From IMG/VR virus record IMGVR_UViG_2541047873_000001: DNA of 64,000 nt. One strand, given 5' to 3'. Numbering within the stretch: the first letter of the stretch is position 1; every line of letters starts with the position of its first letter. Under the pieces are notes generated by a model. That model worked only from the letters and a program-made list of their open reading frames with translations, ran no database searches and was not told the DNA's origin. The position numbers and the translations under genes were made by a program. Below are positions 27,334 through 37,036 of the stretch, piece by piece. This stretch comes from a virus (lineage: Duplodnaviria > Heunggongvirae > Uroviricota > Caudoviricetes).

Positions 27334-27809
27334 AGCTCACCAGCACGCTGTTTTTCAAGCGTAGATTTAACATTGGGCGCTTTCCCTTTAAAAGAATGGA
27401 AAGTGCCACATTTTTCTGTTTTAACCTCGCGCAGAGCTTCGCCATCGGCGTTCTGCCATTGATGAGATAACGTCATATCACCGCGAGAAGGAACATCCAG
27501 CGAGTACAACGTGTAAGTTCCCCCCATCTCGGCATACTCCTGGAACACATAGCTCATTACGTCAGATTCAGTTTTCCGGTGCGCGTTATCAACCTTATTC
27601 CCATTCAGAAATATGGCGTTCGGATAGATTTTTATATCAAACCTACCGCACTTTACCTGCAAATTCCCAGCATTAGCAATCAAAGGAAAAAACATTAATG
27701 CCGCTATAGCCAGCTTATTCAAGTTTGATGTCTTTGTTGAAGAAAATGGTTTCTCTTTTTTTATGCGTATCATTTCATTAACTCCAGACATTGTTGTCTT
27801 TTCATCCAA
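27330..27809 (-). CDS. secreted or lipoprotein-like hypothetical protein
   Basis: N-terminal signal peptide (KLAIAALMFFPLIANA). Confidence 0.5.
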   Translation of the reverse strand: MDEKTTMSGVNEMIRIKKEKPFSSTKTSNLNKLAIAALMFFPLIANAGNLQVKCGRFDIKIYPNAIFLNGNKVDNAHRKTESDVMSYVFQEYAEMGGTYTLYSLDVPSRGDMTLSHQWQNADGEALREVKTEKCGTFHSFKGKAPNVKSTLEKQRAGEL

Positions 27810-27816
27810 TTTGAGG

Positions 27817-28446
27817 TTAATTAGTACAATTCATTTTTGCAGCGACTTCGGCTACCCCACGATCAATGTAAGGCTGCTCACTTAATATCTTTTGGATCTC
27901 ACTACGAATGCATTCCGCTGTAGGTTGCTTAGGTGCTTGTTTTTGCTTCGCGGATCGTTCAAGTTCCATCATGTTATTGAATCCTGCCACATCACTTTGC
28001 CGAAGCATCCCTTTCCGGATAAGAAACTGCTGCCCTTCAGGCACCCAAGCCAGCATATACAAAGGCTGCAATAGATCTCCCATTCCTTGCTGACGATAAA
28101 GCTCAAACTGCAACACGCCGTTACTTAACACCGACATTGTGTCTTTGGTGGAATACCCTGTCTTTTGTATGGCTTTGCCTGTTTCATCTGCTGCATATGC
28201 AAATACACAGAACTCAATGTTGCTTTTAAAGAATGGCTCTACAGGTTTCAGCGGGATATTTTCTTTCTGGCAATAGTTTGAAACTTCATCAGGCGTATAG
28301 TTTGTTTTGGCGTTTCGCAACACCTTCAGCCCAGCCTCATACTTTGCAGGTAACGCGCCTGCATAGGCAGCATTAAGAGAAACTCCCCCCAATATAACCG
28401 CGAGCACTGCTCCCAAAACCCTTAACTTCACAAAACCATCCTTCAT
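27817..28446 (-). CDS. secreted hypothetical protein
   Basis: 209 aa from MKDGFVKLRVLGAVLAVILGGVSLNAAYA (signal peptide); track ORF extends further upstream. Confidence 0.5.
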   Translation of the reverse strand: MKDGFVKLRVLGAVLAVILGGVSLNAAYAGALPAKYEAGLKVLRNAKTNYTPDEVSNYCQKENIPLKPVEPFFKSNIEFCVFAYAADETGKAIQKTGYSTKDTMSVLSNGVLQFELYRQQGMGDLLQPLYMLAWVPEGQQFLIRKGMLRQSDVAGFNNMMELERSAKQKQAPKQPTAECIRSEIQKILSEQPYIDRGVAEVAAKMNCTN

Positions 28447-28711
28447 GTAAACAAACTGAAGTTTTATGTTACAAAAACAAACATCTACGCCAAAATGACT
28501 TAGGCCAAATTCAGCGCGAATAAAAAAATCAAAAAAATTGTTGACACTATTCTGGAAATCACAATCTGGACAAAATCCATTGCGCAAACGGCTCCCGTTG
28601 AAGGTTCTTTTGACGACTAACTTTCAGCCGATGCGCGGTAGGGAGTCATAACGCCAAAGCAGGCCGCCATGTGCGGCCTTTTTTTGTGCCTGCTATCGTG
28701 GAGTAAAAGCC

Positions 28712-29365
28712 ATGCAAAAGATCGCAATATTCAGTCTTTCTACTAACAAGCCGCTGATGGCTACGGCAGTCCTGAAAGACGGCGCGCTTGTAATTGACAA
28801 AGTAAAGCCGCTCCCTGCATCTGCTATTGAACAAAAACGAAAAATTCCACCAGCAATTGCCGAGCTGCGTAAAAGTGAATTTAAGGTGCTGGTTGACGAA
28901 ATCACGCCAACCATTTCAGCCGGTACAGGTGCCAGCCAGGTAACATTAAAAACACGGCACGCCGACGGCAGAGCAGCGATCATTGTCGGCATGGAGAGAT
29001 ACCGGGAGCTGAAACTACAAAGGCTGCTATCCCTGCCTGACAAGAACAAAGGGGCATTTGAGATCCCCGACTCTATCGTCGATACCGAATACAACGGCAA
29101 CGGTGAAGAGGTTTATCGAGTTAACTGGCAAGATATCCGACCAGAGCACATCCTGATGATTCTGTGCTGCTATGCAACGGTATACCACAATGTTGCCAGC
29201 GCGGATTACCTGAAACAAATGACAGGAGCGGTAGAGAAAGAAAACAAAGCAGGGATAATGGCCTCGTTCCTGTCCATTATCAGCGATCAAAAAGCTAAAG
29301 CAGGAAATACCCAACCAAAATCGCTGGCCGGGCAAGTAATTGATGAAGATACGGTGATACTTTAA
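28712..29365 (+). CDS. hypothetical protein
   Basis: 217 aa; preceded by TTGACA and TGGAAATCACAA motif. Confidence 0.5.
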   Translation: MQKIAIFSLSTNKPLMATAVLKDGALVIDKVKPLPASAIEQKRKIPPAIAELRKSEFKVLVDEITPTISAGTGASQVTLKTRHADGRAAIIVGMERYRELKLQRLLSLPDKNKGAFEIPDSIVDTEYNGNGEEVYRVNWQDIRPEHILMILCCYATVYHNVASADYLKQMTGAVEKENKAGIMASFLSIISDQKAKAGNTQPKSLAGQVIDEDTVIL

Positions 29366-29696
29366 TCAACTCAGTAGCTTTGTTAACTCCCTTAATACCA
29401 GGTAGAAGAGTAACAAAAATACTAACGCCAGTATTTGCGTGGTCAACGAGGCGTTCATAAACAGAACAATTAGCTTTAACAATTCGAGAATAACGTCCAT
29501 GTCATTCACACTATTTAATTTTTAATCTACAGCCAGCAAACAATGAAGCTGGCCCCCGCATAAAGATTAATGAAAGTCACTTGTCACCAGTGAGGGGATT
29601 TATGAACCACATCCCCCTGAACTGGTGGACTGTCTATTTCTCGCATTTCACACCCTGCATACAGTTCCCCCCAGGTTATGACTGTGAGGAACTGTT

Positions 29697-30026
29697 ATGA
29701 GTTACAGCAGGCTCGACGATCGATGCATTGAAGACGATGTGCTGCGCGCACTATTCCATCAGGAGATGATCAAGCGGGTATCGGAGTACCACTCCGATAA
29801 TTTCCAGTACACGATAAAAATTGATGAGGTTTATCGCTCAGACCTGGCGGCCTATCGCGCCTATGGCAACGCTGATTTGCGCTGGGTATTTCGCGTGCTG
29901 GTGGGCCATGAGTCAGAAATGGAAGAAATGCCGGTAGGGACAACGTTAACTCTTCCTGACGCAGCATGGCTAAGAAACAAGATTCGCGATTACGCTGGCT
30001 CGGCACCGGAGATAGAAAATGCCTGA
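29697..30026 (+). CDS. hypothetical protein
   Basis: 109 aa; stop overlaps next gene start. Confidence 0.45.
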   Translation: MSYSRLDDRCIEDDVLRALFHQEMIKRVSEYHSDNFQYTIKIDEVYRSDLAAYRAYGNADLRWVFRVLVGHESEMEEMPVGTTLTLPDAAWLRNKIRDYAGSAPEIENA

Positions 30027-31215
30027 CTTCCTGAAAAATCAGGACGGGCGATATATCACTGACGGCCTGTCCTCTAAGGATTTCACACGCGTATTTGAAC
30101 TCATCAGGAAAGAGCAAAACCGCAAACGCCGCCAGGCGCACAGGACACTCACGCCGGGCAGGCTTAGGAATAAATCAGCCGAAGACATTCTTAAGCTGGG
30201 GAAAAAGAAAGGCGGCACGTTCTTTACGCGTGACGATCTGAAAGGCTTCGAAAAGCTGCGAAGCAAAGCACGCGAAAAATACGACAGCAAGACGGCTGGC
30301 ATTACATACGCACAACTGGTAGCGTCCAGCCAGGCTATCGATATTAAGCGAGCAAATAACGCCGTAGACGACGGTTCTGGTATCAAAAGAGCTACGCCCG
30401 TATCTCTTCGTCACAATGTGATTAATATCCGCGTGGAAGCGTCCGATATATCCGTTCACCAGCACCACATTGTCCGGGTACGTTTTGAAGAATGGGATCA
30501 GATGGTCGATGACATCGCAGAAGACGATAAATCAGCCCTGAAAGTCACAAAATCACTGTGTGCCGGGCGAGTGTCTTTCGATTGTGACTGCGGTCGCCAT
30601 CAATACTGGTATCGCTACATCGCCACTGCGGGTAACTTTGCCCTGGCCCCGCCAAAAGAATACGCCTATCCAAAAGTTCGCAACCCTAAGCTGCAAGGCG
30701 TCGCCTGTAAACATGTGATCCACTCAATGACACGACTACAGTCTGCCAGTTGGCAGATGAGTATTGCTCGCGCCCTGCAAAAAGCTGCAACGCAAGTTGC
30801 CTTTGGTGACGATCGCCGCCGCACGACAAAACACTTCACAAAAGAAGACGAGAAGGCGTTCAATCGAAACCGTAGCAGCAAAACGAATGTTGAGGCAGCT
30901 AAACGTGAATGGAAGCTCTATCAGAAACGCCAGGCCGCTTTAAGCACAAAACTGGCAAAGGACAACGGCAAGATTGACAAGCTACGTGACCAGCTGACCA
31001 GGGCCAGAAAGTTGTCCGATGCACAGAAAAAACGGGCAGCAGCAAAAGAAGCAGCCTTGCAACGTGAGAAACAGAAAAACAAGGAGCTTCAGCAACGCCT
31101 TGCCGATCAATTCGCACTGAAGAAGCAAGCGTTCATTGATGCGCTGGTCATGACAGGAACGTCACCTGAGCAAGCTGAAAAAATGTTTATGGAGTATGTG
31201 AAGAAAGGTTCTTAA
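30019..31215 (+). CDS. SWIM-type zinc-finger protein with basic coiled-coil C-terminus
   Basis: 398 aa; CDCGRH...CKH (CxC..CxH) SWIM-like motif; Lys/Arg/Gln-rich coiled-coil C-terminal third. Confidence 0.5.
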   Translation: MPDFLKNQDGRYITDGLSSKDFTRVFELIRKEQNRKRRQAHRTLTPGRLRNKSAEDILKLGKKKGGTFFTRDDLKGFEKLRSKAREKYDSKTAGITYAQLVASSQAIDIKRANNAVDDGSGIKRATPVSLRHNVINIRVEASDISVHQHHIVRVRFEEWDQMVDDIAEDDKSALKVTKSLCAGRVSFDCDCGRHQYWYRYIATAGNFALAPPKEYAYPKVRNPKLQGVACKHVIHSMTRLQSASWQMSIARALQKAATQVAFGDDRRRTTKHFTKEDEKAFNRNRSSKTNVEAAKREWKLYQKRQAALSTKLAKDNGKIDKLRDQLTRARKLSDAQKKRAAAKEAALQREKQKNKELQQRLADQFALKKQAFIDALVMTGTSPEQAEKMFMEYVKKGS

Positions 31216-31223
31216 TTTACAAC

Positions 31224-31248
31224 AAAGGCGGTTATCCCGCCTTTTATA
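31224..31248. terminator. bidirectional hairpin terminator
   Basis: aaaggcgg-ttatc-ccgccttt flanked by T runs on both strands, between convergent genes. Confidence 0.6.
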
Positions 31249-31986
31249 TTACTTGTCCTTTGATGTCGATTGAGACTCATATATTGTCTCTACGTCATCT
31301 ATTAGTTTATTAATACCCCACAATCCAGTGTCTTTATAAAAATCGCTTTCTTCAATTGCTTTTAATAAATCGGCAAAATCTTCTTGGGTGGAAATTCTTT
31401 TCTTTTTTGCTTTATATACATCGACAATTACTTTTATGCCGTGATACAGAGCCAATCTGGCACTCTCAGTCTCTCTCTTCTTCTCTTCAATTGCAGACAA
31501 TAATTTATATTGATCTTCTGTTTGCTTTTCTAGACTTAAAAGCTTGCTCTCTTTTTGCTTCAAGTTGATCTGCAACTCTTTTATTCTTGCCCTCTCTTCT
31601 AAATCAAACTCATAGTCAATGTATCTAATTCTTGCATAGTTCCTGCCTGTTGCTTTTGATATATACATTGTTATATAAGGCATTACCACTGACGCAGTGG
31701 TTCCATATATAAATGGCATAACAAAATGAGCCACAAACGGAGATACAATGATGGGGCCAACATAAGGAAAGTGATATTTCTCACCAACCCATACTATAGA
31801 CAATGTTGTATATATATCGTACTTTGATTTAAATAATATAATAATATCCTGCCAGTTAACGACAAAGAAAGAAACCACAACATATGCAAACAACTTATTG
31901 AATAACTTGTCTCTTATGGCTTCTTCTATTGTGTTCCTGACTGTGACATTTTCATCTTTATTTTCTAATGATGAATCTTTGCTCAT
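31249..31986 (-). CDS. AT-rich membrane-anchored coiled-coil protein
   Basis: About 245 aa; roughly 33 percent GC versus about 50 percent flanks; hydrophobic helices in residues 30-110 then long coiled coil; immediately downstream of higA on the same strand. Confidence 0.6.
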   Translation of the reverse strand: MSKDSSLENKDENVTVRNTIEEAIRDKLFNKLFAYVVVSFFVVNWQDIIILFKSKYDIYTTLSIVWVGEKYHFPYVGPIIVSPFVAHFVMPFIYGTTASVVMPYITMYISKATGRNYARIRYIDYEFDLEERARIKELQINLKQKESKLLSLEKQTEDQYKLLSAIEEKKRETESARLALYHGIKVIVDVYKAKKKRISTQEDFADLLKAIEESDFYKDTGLWGINKLIDDVETIYESQSTSKDK

Positions 31987-32047
31987 ATAAAAATTCAAAC
32001 CTTCTTATCTTTATTTTTGGTGAAGGCGGTCTTCCAGACCGCCAAAC

Positions 32048-32407
32048 TCAAACACCAACCAGGCTTTCAAGAGGAATGCCAAACTGGGAATGTAAACGAC
32101 GAATCATAGGTAACGTCAAATTTCGCGTGCCATTAAGCACTTCGTAAACACGGTTTGACTTACCAATTGCCGGTTCCAGATCCTTCACTGTCAGCCCTTG
32201 CTGTTCCATACGAAACTTAATGGCTTCAATAGGTGATGGTGGCTCAATTGGGTAATGCTTTTTCTCGTACTCTTCGATGAGCAGGCACATTACTTCAAAG
32301 AAATCGCCTTCCGGTGTGTTCATTTCCGGTTCGTTATCGAACATCGGTTCGACCGCACGCAGTGCGGCCTCATAATCTTGTTCTGTACGGATAGGTTTAA
32401 TGTTCAT
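32048..32407 (-). CDS. higA: HigA-type antitoxin (HTH)
   Basis: 119 aa; C-terminal HTH GKSNRVYEVLNGTRNLTLPMIRRLHSQFGI resembles HigA. Confidence 0.75.
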   Translation of the reverse strand: MNIKPIRTEQDYEAALRAVEPMFDNEPEMNTPEGDFFEVMCLLIEEYEKKHYPIEPPSPIEAIKFRMEQQGLTVKDLEPAIGKSNRVYEVLNGTRNLTLPMIRRLHSQFGIPLESLVGV

Positions 32408-32410
32408 GAT

Positions 32411-32713
32411 TTACTCCAGTTCTATTGTATCCGCTTCAATGGCATCATATTCCTTATGTGTTCCAATAAACTTAACGAACATCCATCCTCGCTGATAAGC
32501 AATTGCGACAATTAACCTGTAATCATTTCCCTTAATATTAAACACCACGCGCCTGTTTTTAAGGATGCTGGCTGTCCGGTACTGTTCTTTGATCTCAGCC
32601 GGATTTTTCCAGTCAGCCTTTGTTGCTTCATCAACCCATGCCTTTAATGGCTGTTCTGCATCGGGATTCTTCGCCCAGAAATCCCTTAGTGTTTTTACCG
32701 AAATTATTTTCAT
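32411..32713 (-). CDS. higB: HigB-type toxin (RelE/ParE superfamily)
   Basis: About 100 aa from MKIISVK; FNIKGNDYRLIVAIAY...FIGTHKEYD matches the HigB pattern; toxin gene precedes antitoxin. Confidence 0.8.
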   Translation of the reverse strand: MKIISVKTLRDFWAKNPDAEQPLKAWVDEATKADWKNPAEIKEQYRTASILKNRRVVFNIKGNDYRLIVAIAYQRGWMFVKFIGTHKEYDAIEADTIELE

Positions 32714-32732
32714 CACAGATTCCTTCTCTCTG

Positions 32733-32779
32733 AAAGTATAGTAGTCCCAATATGGGACAATGTAAAGCACTTTAGTCCC
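32733..32779. promoter_or_regulatory. tandem palindromic operator candidates in higBA promoter
   Basis: agtcccaatatgggac and agtcccatgctgggat: two imperfect palindromes 31 bp apart just upstream of higB. Confidence 0.5.
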
Positions 32780-32857
32780 ATGCTGGGATATGAATTGAAA
32801 TCACAATCTCCAGACAATGCCCCTCGATACCAGATAAATCGACCTTTGAGGACGCTT

Positions 32858-33649
32858 ATGGGCCGTTTTGATGAATGGCTTGCTGATGATGCAAGCCTGA
32901 TGAGAAAGGGAACAGAACATGACAGCACGCAGAGAGAAGAGACAACGACGGTTGAAGCGAATGAAGGAAGCACAACGGAAAATGGGAATGTCAGTGCAGG
33001 GCCATTCAGTATTCTGGAAGAGCACGCCGCCACCCAATCTAATAGCCATGATAATTGGCCTGATAATGCTGGTGACTCTGTTACGGAAGTGATTGAACCT
33101 GACATCGCTCCCCTACCGGCATCGCTCGCTAACAGAGAACCAAACCAGCAGCTTAAAACCCGATATAACGGACACAAAGCGTTCAACGACCAGATCCGCG
33201 CCGATTGGATGCTCATTATTGAATCAAGCCCTGACGCATTCGAGGCGCTTTTATATCGCCCGGCTGATGGCACCTATGGCGTCGTAAACGATGAAACAGG
33301 TGAAGAGTCATTCACGCAACTGGACAACAACCAGCGTGAGCTTACCTATCTGGAACCGGAAATCGTATACGTCCTGGACAACCCGGACGGAAGGGATTCG
33401 TTTCATGCCATTGATGCCGATGGAGAACAGGATGGTCTTGCTGATGAAGTGCTAATCCTGCGTATTGCTGCAAACAACGTACCTGTTGGTTCAATCCTGG
33501 AATGGAACGAAGAAATGGCGAATGGCCTCGCCCGCCGCTGGTGGTACGTGCACCGAATCTTCAGCTACGGAACACAACACGTCGGCTCCCTTTATTACTG
33601 CATCCCGGCTAGGAACTTTGATACCACTCAAAACGGAGTGATCGAATGA
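32858..33649 (+). CDS. acidic hypothetical protein (possible baseplate or virion protein)
   Basis: About 263 aa from MGRFDEW, very acidic; first gene of an operon ending in a spike protein. Confidence 0.45.
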   Translation: MGRFDEWLADDASLMRKGTEHDSTQREETTTVEANEGSTTENGNVSAGPFSILEEHAATQSNSHDNWPDNAGDSVTEVIEPDIAPLPASLANREPNQQLKTRYNGHKAFNDQIRADWMLIIESSPDAFEALLYRPADGTYGVVNDETGEESFTQLDNNQRELTYLEPEIVYVLDNPDGRDSFHAIDADGEQDGLADEVLILRIAANNVPVGSILEWNEEMANGLARRWWYVHRIFSYGTQHVGSLYYCIPARNFDTTQNGVIE

Positions 33650-34413
33650 CATCCAACAAAACTCTCCTGTCCCGCATTGGCGAGTGGCAGACAACGCGTA
33701 CTGGAAAATTCCAGACAACTGGTCTGGAAAGAGTGGATAACGCTTTTGCTACGCTAATCAGCGACATTTTTTCTGACGTAACGCTGGTGGAACCAGCAAA
33801 AGAAGAAAGGCGCTTTGCATCATTCCTGAGTCGCCCACCAGCGGAGCGTGTTTATGTTGCCCGTTTTGATAACGCGGTCGAGTTCCTTAAAGCGGTTCGC
33901 CGTGCTAATGCCGGGCAAGGGAGAAAGCCAGAGAATCCGAACATTAATCGCGATGCGCTCCCTCTGATTAATATCTCGCGCTCAATGGATATCAGCTATA
34001 TCAACAATGACCAGCAGATAGACCGCAAAAGCTGTGATCACTTCTGCGAACCTGACAGCGGTATGCCTTTAGTAGCCCTGGAATACACCCAGGCAAATCT
34101 GACGTATGACGTTACGTTAATGGCGACGGATAAGGCGACCATGAGTCTGATGTGTAATTCGCTAGGAGCACGTCTTCGCTTGATGGCAGGAACGCAGTTT
34201 GAAGCAACAACCCCGCTGGTACGAGTACCCGTCCCGCTAATTTGCGCGGTTCAGGATGCTAAAGACATCAGTTTTACTGATGTTTCAGCCCCAATTGGGG
34301 AAGAGCGTATTTATGCTGCACAAACGGCAATTAGTGTTATAGCAGACGTGATCACCGCCTGGGAGCTGGACGCGAAACGAATTATTACTGAAACCTCTCT
34401 GAGAATGGGGTAA
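33646..34413 (+). CDS. hypothetical structural protein
   Basis: 255 aa, translationally coupled. Confidence 0.45.
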   Translation: MTSNKTLLSRIGEWQTTRTGKFQTTGLERVDNAFATLISDIFSDVTLVEPAKEERRFASFLSRPPAERVYVARFDNAVEFLKAVRRANAGQGRKPENPNINRDALPLINISRSMDISYINNDQQIDRKSCDHFCEPDSGMPLVALEYTQANLTYDVTLMATDKATMSLMCNSLGARLRLMAGTQFEATTPLVRVPVPLICAVQDAKDISFTDVSAPIGEERIYAAQTAISVIADVITAWELDAKRIITETSLRMG

Positions 34414-34416
34414 GCC

Positions 34417-35397
34417 ATGTCCCAGGAGCTACAGCAATACTTTCTACAGTCCATTACCATCAACGGAAACAAAGTGCCCAGGGAGTGGATATTCACTGCC
34501 GTATATGTGGAAAAGGCAAACCTGCGAGCACCATTGCTGAAACTGGAAATTCACGACATTACCGGCACCATAATTGATGACTGGAAAACAAAATACGGCG
34601 CAGCACTGGTTGCAGAGATGGGAGATCCACAAGGCAATTCAGGCACGTTTAAAACAACTTTTTTCGTAACATCTGCGGTGCTGGCTGGTGATGTCATCAC
34701 GGTCATTGCAGTCAGTGAAGACGTTCGGATATTTAAGATCCCCGCTATACGGGCTAACCTGCATACAAATAAAACGCCTGATACCATTTTCAAGACGTAT
34801 ACCGGTACACTGAAAATCGCCTCCAGCGCATTGAAACGAAGCTGTACGTACCATCTTTCCGCCGGGGAAAAACCCTCCAAAATGCTATCTGAAATGGCCC
34901 GCGATAAAGGCGCTTTATGCTGGGCCTGCCGTGGTCAGTTTAACTTTTATACATTAGCTGACCTTATGAAAGCCAAACCATCATTCACCTATGAAGGGAA
35001 CAACCCCAGGGCGGAATACACGATTTCAAAAATGAGGCTTATACAGCAAGAGTATGCCGTTACGGCAAATACTCAGTATCGATTTACCGGCTATTCAATG
35101 ACTGAAGGCTATGTCGAATATGGCGATAGCTCACTTCCAATACGCTATATATCCGATCCGGATATGGAAACTCTGCGCAATATGCAATTGTCGCTCGTAC
35201 CCAAAATGGATATTGAGGTCGCGGGTAATCCCGACATCACGCCGGGAATGGTTATTGAGATCCTCGTGTATCGTTACGACCAGGAAAATAAGCTGGACGA
35301 ATCGTTGCCTCGTAAGCTGTTGGTGAAAAACGTAGCCCATTTTGAGGACCGGATCGGCTATACAACACGAATGATATTAGGAGTACCCAACCAGTGA
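34417..35397 (+). CDS. baseplate hub-like protein candidate
   Basis: 326 aa directly upstream of the spike gene. Confidence 0.4.
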   Translation: MSQELQQYFLQSITINGNKVPREWIFTAVYVEKANLRAPLLKLEIHDITGTIIDDWKTKYGAALVAEMGDPQGNSGTFKTTFFVTSAVLAGDVITVIAVSEDVRIFKIPAIRANLHTNKTPDTIFKTYTGTLKIASSALKRSCTYHLSAGEKPSKMLSEMARDKGALCWACRGQFNFYTLADLMKAKPSFTYEGNNPRAEYTISKMRLIQQEYAVTANTQYRFTGYSMTEGYVEYGDSSLPIRYISDPDMETLRNMQLSLVPKMDIEVAGNPDITPGMVIEILVYRYDQENKLDESLPRKLLVKNVAHFEDRIGYTTRMILGVPNQ

Positions 35398-36071
35398 AAC
35401 GCAGAGCGCAAATCGTAGGGACCAAACACCCTGCCGGACTTATGCGAGCGCAGGTCCGCATACTGCCTGACTGGAACGGTGTACCGGATGAAGACCTCCC
35501 ATGGGCAGAGTATCAAATGCCTATCGGTAACGCCTTTACACCTACAGTCAGCGGCGATTTAGTCTGGGTCGAATTTCCTTATCTGGATGCTAAAGGCAGG
35601 ATAGACACGCGCCGACCTTTAATCGTTGGTGCGGCGCAGGATGCCCCAGGAGGCGTACCAAATGTGCCTCCGGAAGCCTCCGGACAAGGAAGTGGATGGT
35701 CGCCAGAAGAAGTTGATGGTGCCCCTGCCCGCCCCCAGTTTTCGGCGACTGAAGATTTTGTTATTCACCGAAACAATATCCTTGAGGTCAGAACGGCTGG
35801 CGGTGGCTATGAAATAGCAAACACCGCCGCAGGATCAAGGATAGGGATGAACGAATCCGGCCAGATTTACATAATCGGCCCGGCGAATATAGTGCTTAAT
35901 GCTGGAGGTGAGGTTAACGTCAAATCAAGCAGCAAAACCAATGTATCCTCAGATGGAGACGTTAATGTAAAAGGCAGCAATGTAACCGTCGCAGCTGATG
36001 GTGATATAGCCCTGAAAGCTGGTGGCGCGCTAAAAGCAACAGCGAGCAATTTCTCCTTTGTGAAGGGATAG
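35394..36071 (+). CDS. baseplate central spike (gpV/gp5-like)
   Basis: 225 aa; Gly-rich C-terminal beta-repeat region (NVKSSSKTNVSSDGDVNVKGSNVTVAADGDIALKAGG). Confidence 0.55.
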   Translation: MKRRAQIVGTKHPAGLMRAQVRILPDWNGVPDEDLPWAEYQMPIGNAFTPTVSGDLVWVEFPYLDAKGRIDTRRPLIVGAAQDAPGGVPNVPPEASGQGSGWSPEEVDGAPARPQFSATEDFVIHRNNILEVRTAGGGYEIANTAAGSRIGMNESGQIYIIGPANIVLNAGGEVNVKSSSKTNVSSDGDVNVKGSNVTVAADGDIALKAGGALKATASNFSFVKG

Positions 36072-36100
36072 CAAAATGCAAAACTGTATTAGATAATTGA

Positions 36101-36117
36101 GTTTTATTTTCTAACAC
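36101..36117. promoter_or_regulatory. C1 operator-like site
   Basis: gttttattttctaacac ahead of the rdgC operon. Confidence 0.5.
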
Positions 36118-36130
36118 AGTTTTGCTAAAC

Positions 36131-37036
36131 ATGAGATTAGTCGCCTTTAAAAACATATACGTCTATCGCCTTGCCCGCGAAATAAAACTGGACTCAACCA
36201 CCGTTAGTGATGCCTTAAGCCAATTCACATTCACTCCATGCGCATCACAAGAAATGGCAAAAGTCGGATGGGTGCCGGTTCTGGCTGACAACCTGATCCA
36301 TGAATACCACGGTTTTCTACTTCTCCAGCAACAGCGAGAAATTAAGCTCCTGCCCTCTCATGTCATTAAGGAGGAAGTGCAGAAAAAAGTGGAAAAGCTC
36401 GAAAATGAGCAATCTCGTAAGCTGAAGAAGTCGGAAAAAAACACCCTGAAGGATGAAGTTCTCCACTCTTTGTTGCCTCGTGCATTCACTCGCAAATCAT
36501 TGTCGCGAATCCTTATTGATCGCGACAACTATCTGGTCTTCGTAGAAGCTTCCAGCGCCAGAAAAGCTGAAGAAATGCTGGCGCTCTTACGTAAATCACT
36601 TGGCAGCCTGCCAGTGATTCCATTCACGCCGATAGAACCGCTCGAAATGACTATGACCGAATGGTTCAAGTCAACATTTCCTCAAGGCTTTAAAGCAGGC
36701 GAAGAAGCCATATTGAAATCTCTGTTCGATGACGGCGGCGCAGTTCGTTGCAAGAAAGTAGACCTACAGTCAGAGGAAATAATGACTCATATTGAAGCCG
36801 GAAAAGTTGCAACAACAGTTGCAATCAACTGGCAGGACCGCGCGACCTTCAGGTTAAACGATGACATGAGCATCAAAGCACTGACGTTTTGCGATGATCT
36901 CTATGACCAGAACGATGACATCGACCGTGAAGATGTTGCCCAGCGATTTGATGCTGACTTCATTCTGTTCACAAGCGAATTATCCGCGATGTTTAGCTCG
37001 CTGGTGGAGGCCATTGGCGGTGAAGCAGAGCATTAA
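36131..37036 (+). CDS. rdgC: recombination-associated protein RdgC
   Basis: 301 aa; colinear with E. coli RdgC (FKNxxVYRL, FTPCxSQxMAKxGWVP, LKDEVLHSLLPRAF, LALLRKSLGSLPV, DELRDQNEDIDREDxAQRFDADFIL). Confidence 0.85.
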   Translation: MRLVAFKNIYVYRLAREIKLDSTTVSDALSQFTFTPCASQEMAKVGWVPVLADNLIHEYHGFLLLQQQREIKLLPSHVIKEEVQKKVEKLENEQSRKLKKSEKNTLKDEVLHSLLPRAFTRKSLSRILIDRDNYLVFVEASSARKAEEMLALLRKSLGSLPVIPFTPIEPLEMTMTEWFKSTFPQGFKAGEEAILKSLFDDGGAVRCKKVDLQSEEIMTHIEAGKVATTVAINWQDRATFRLNDDMSIKALTFCDDLYDQNDDIDREDVAQRFDADFILFTSELSAMFSSLVEAIGGEAEH

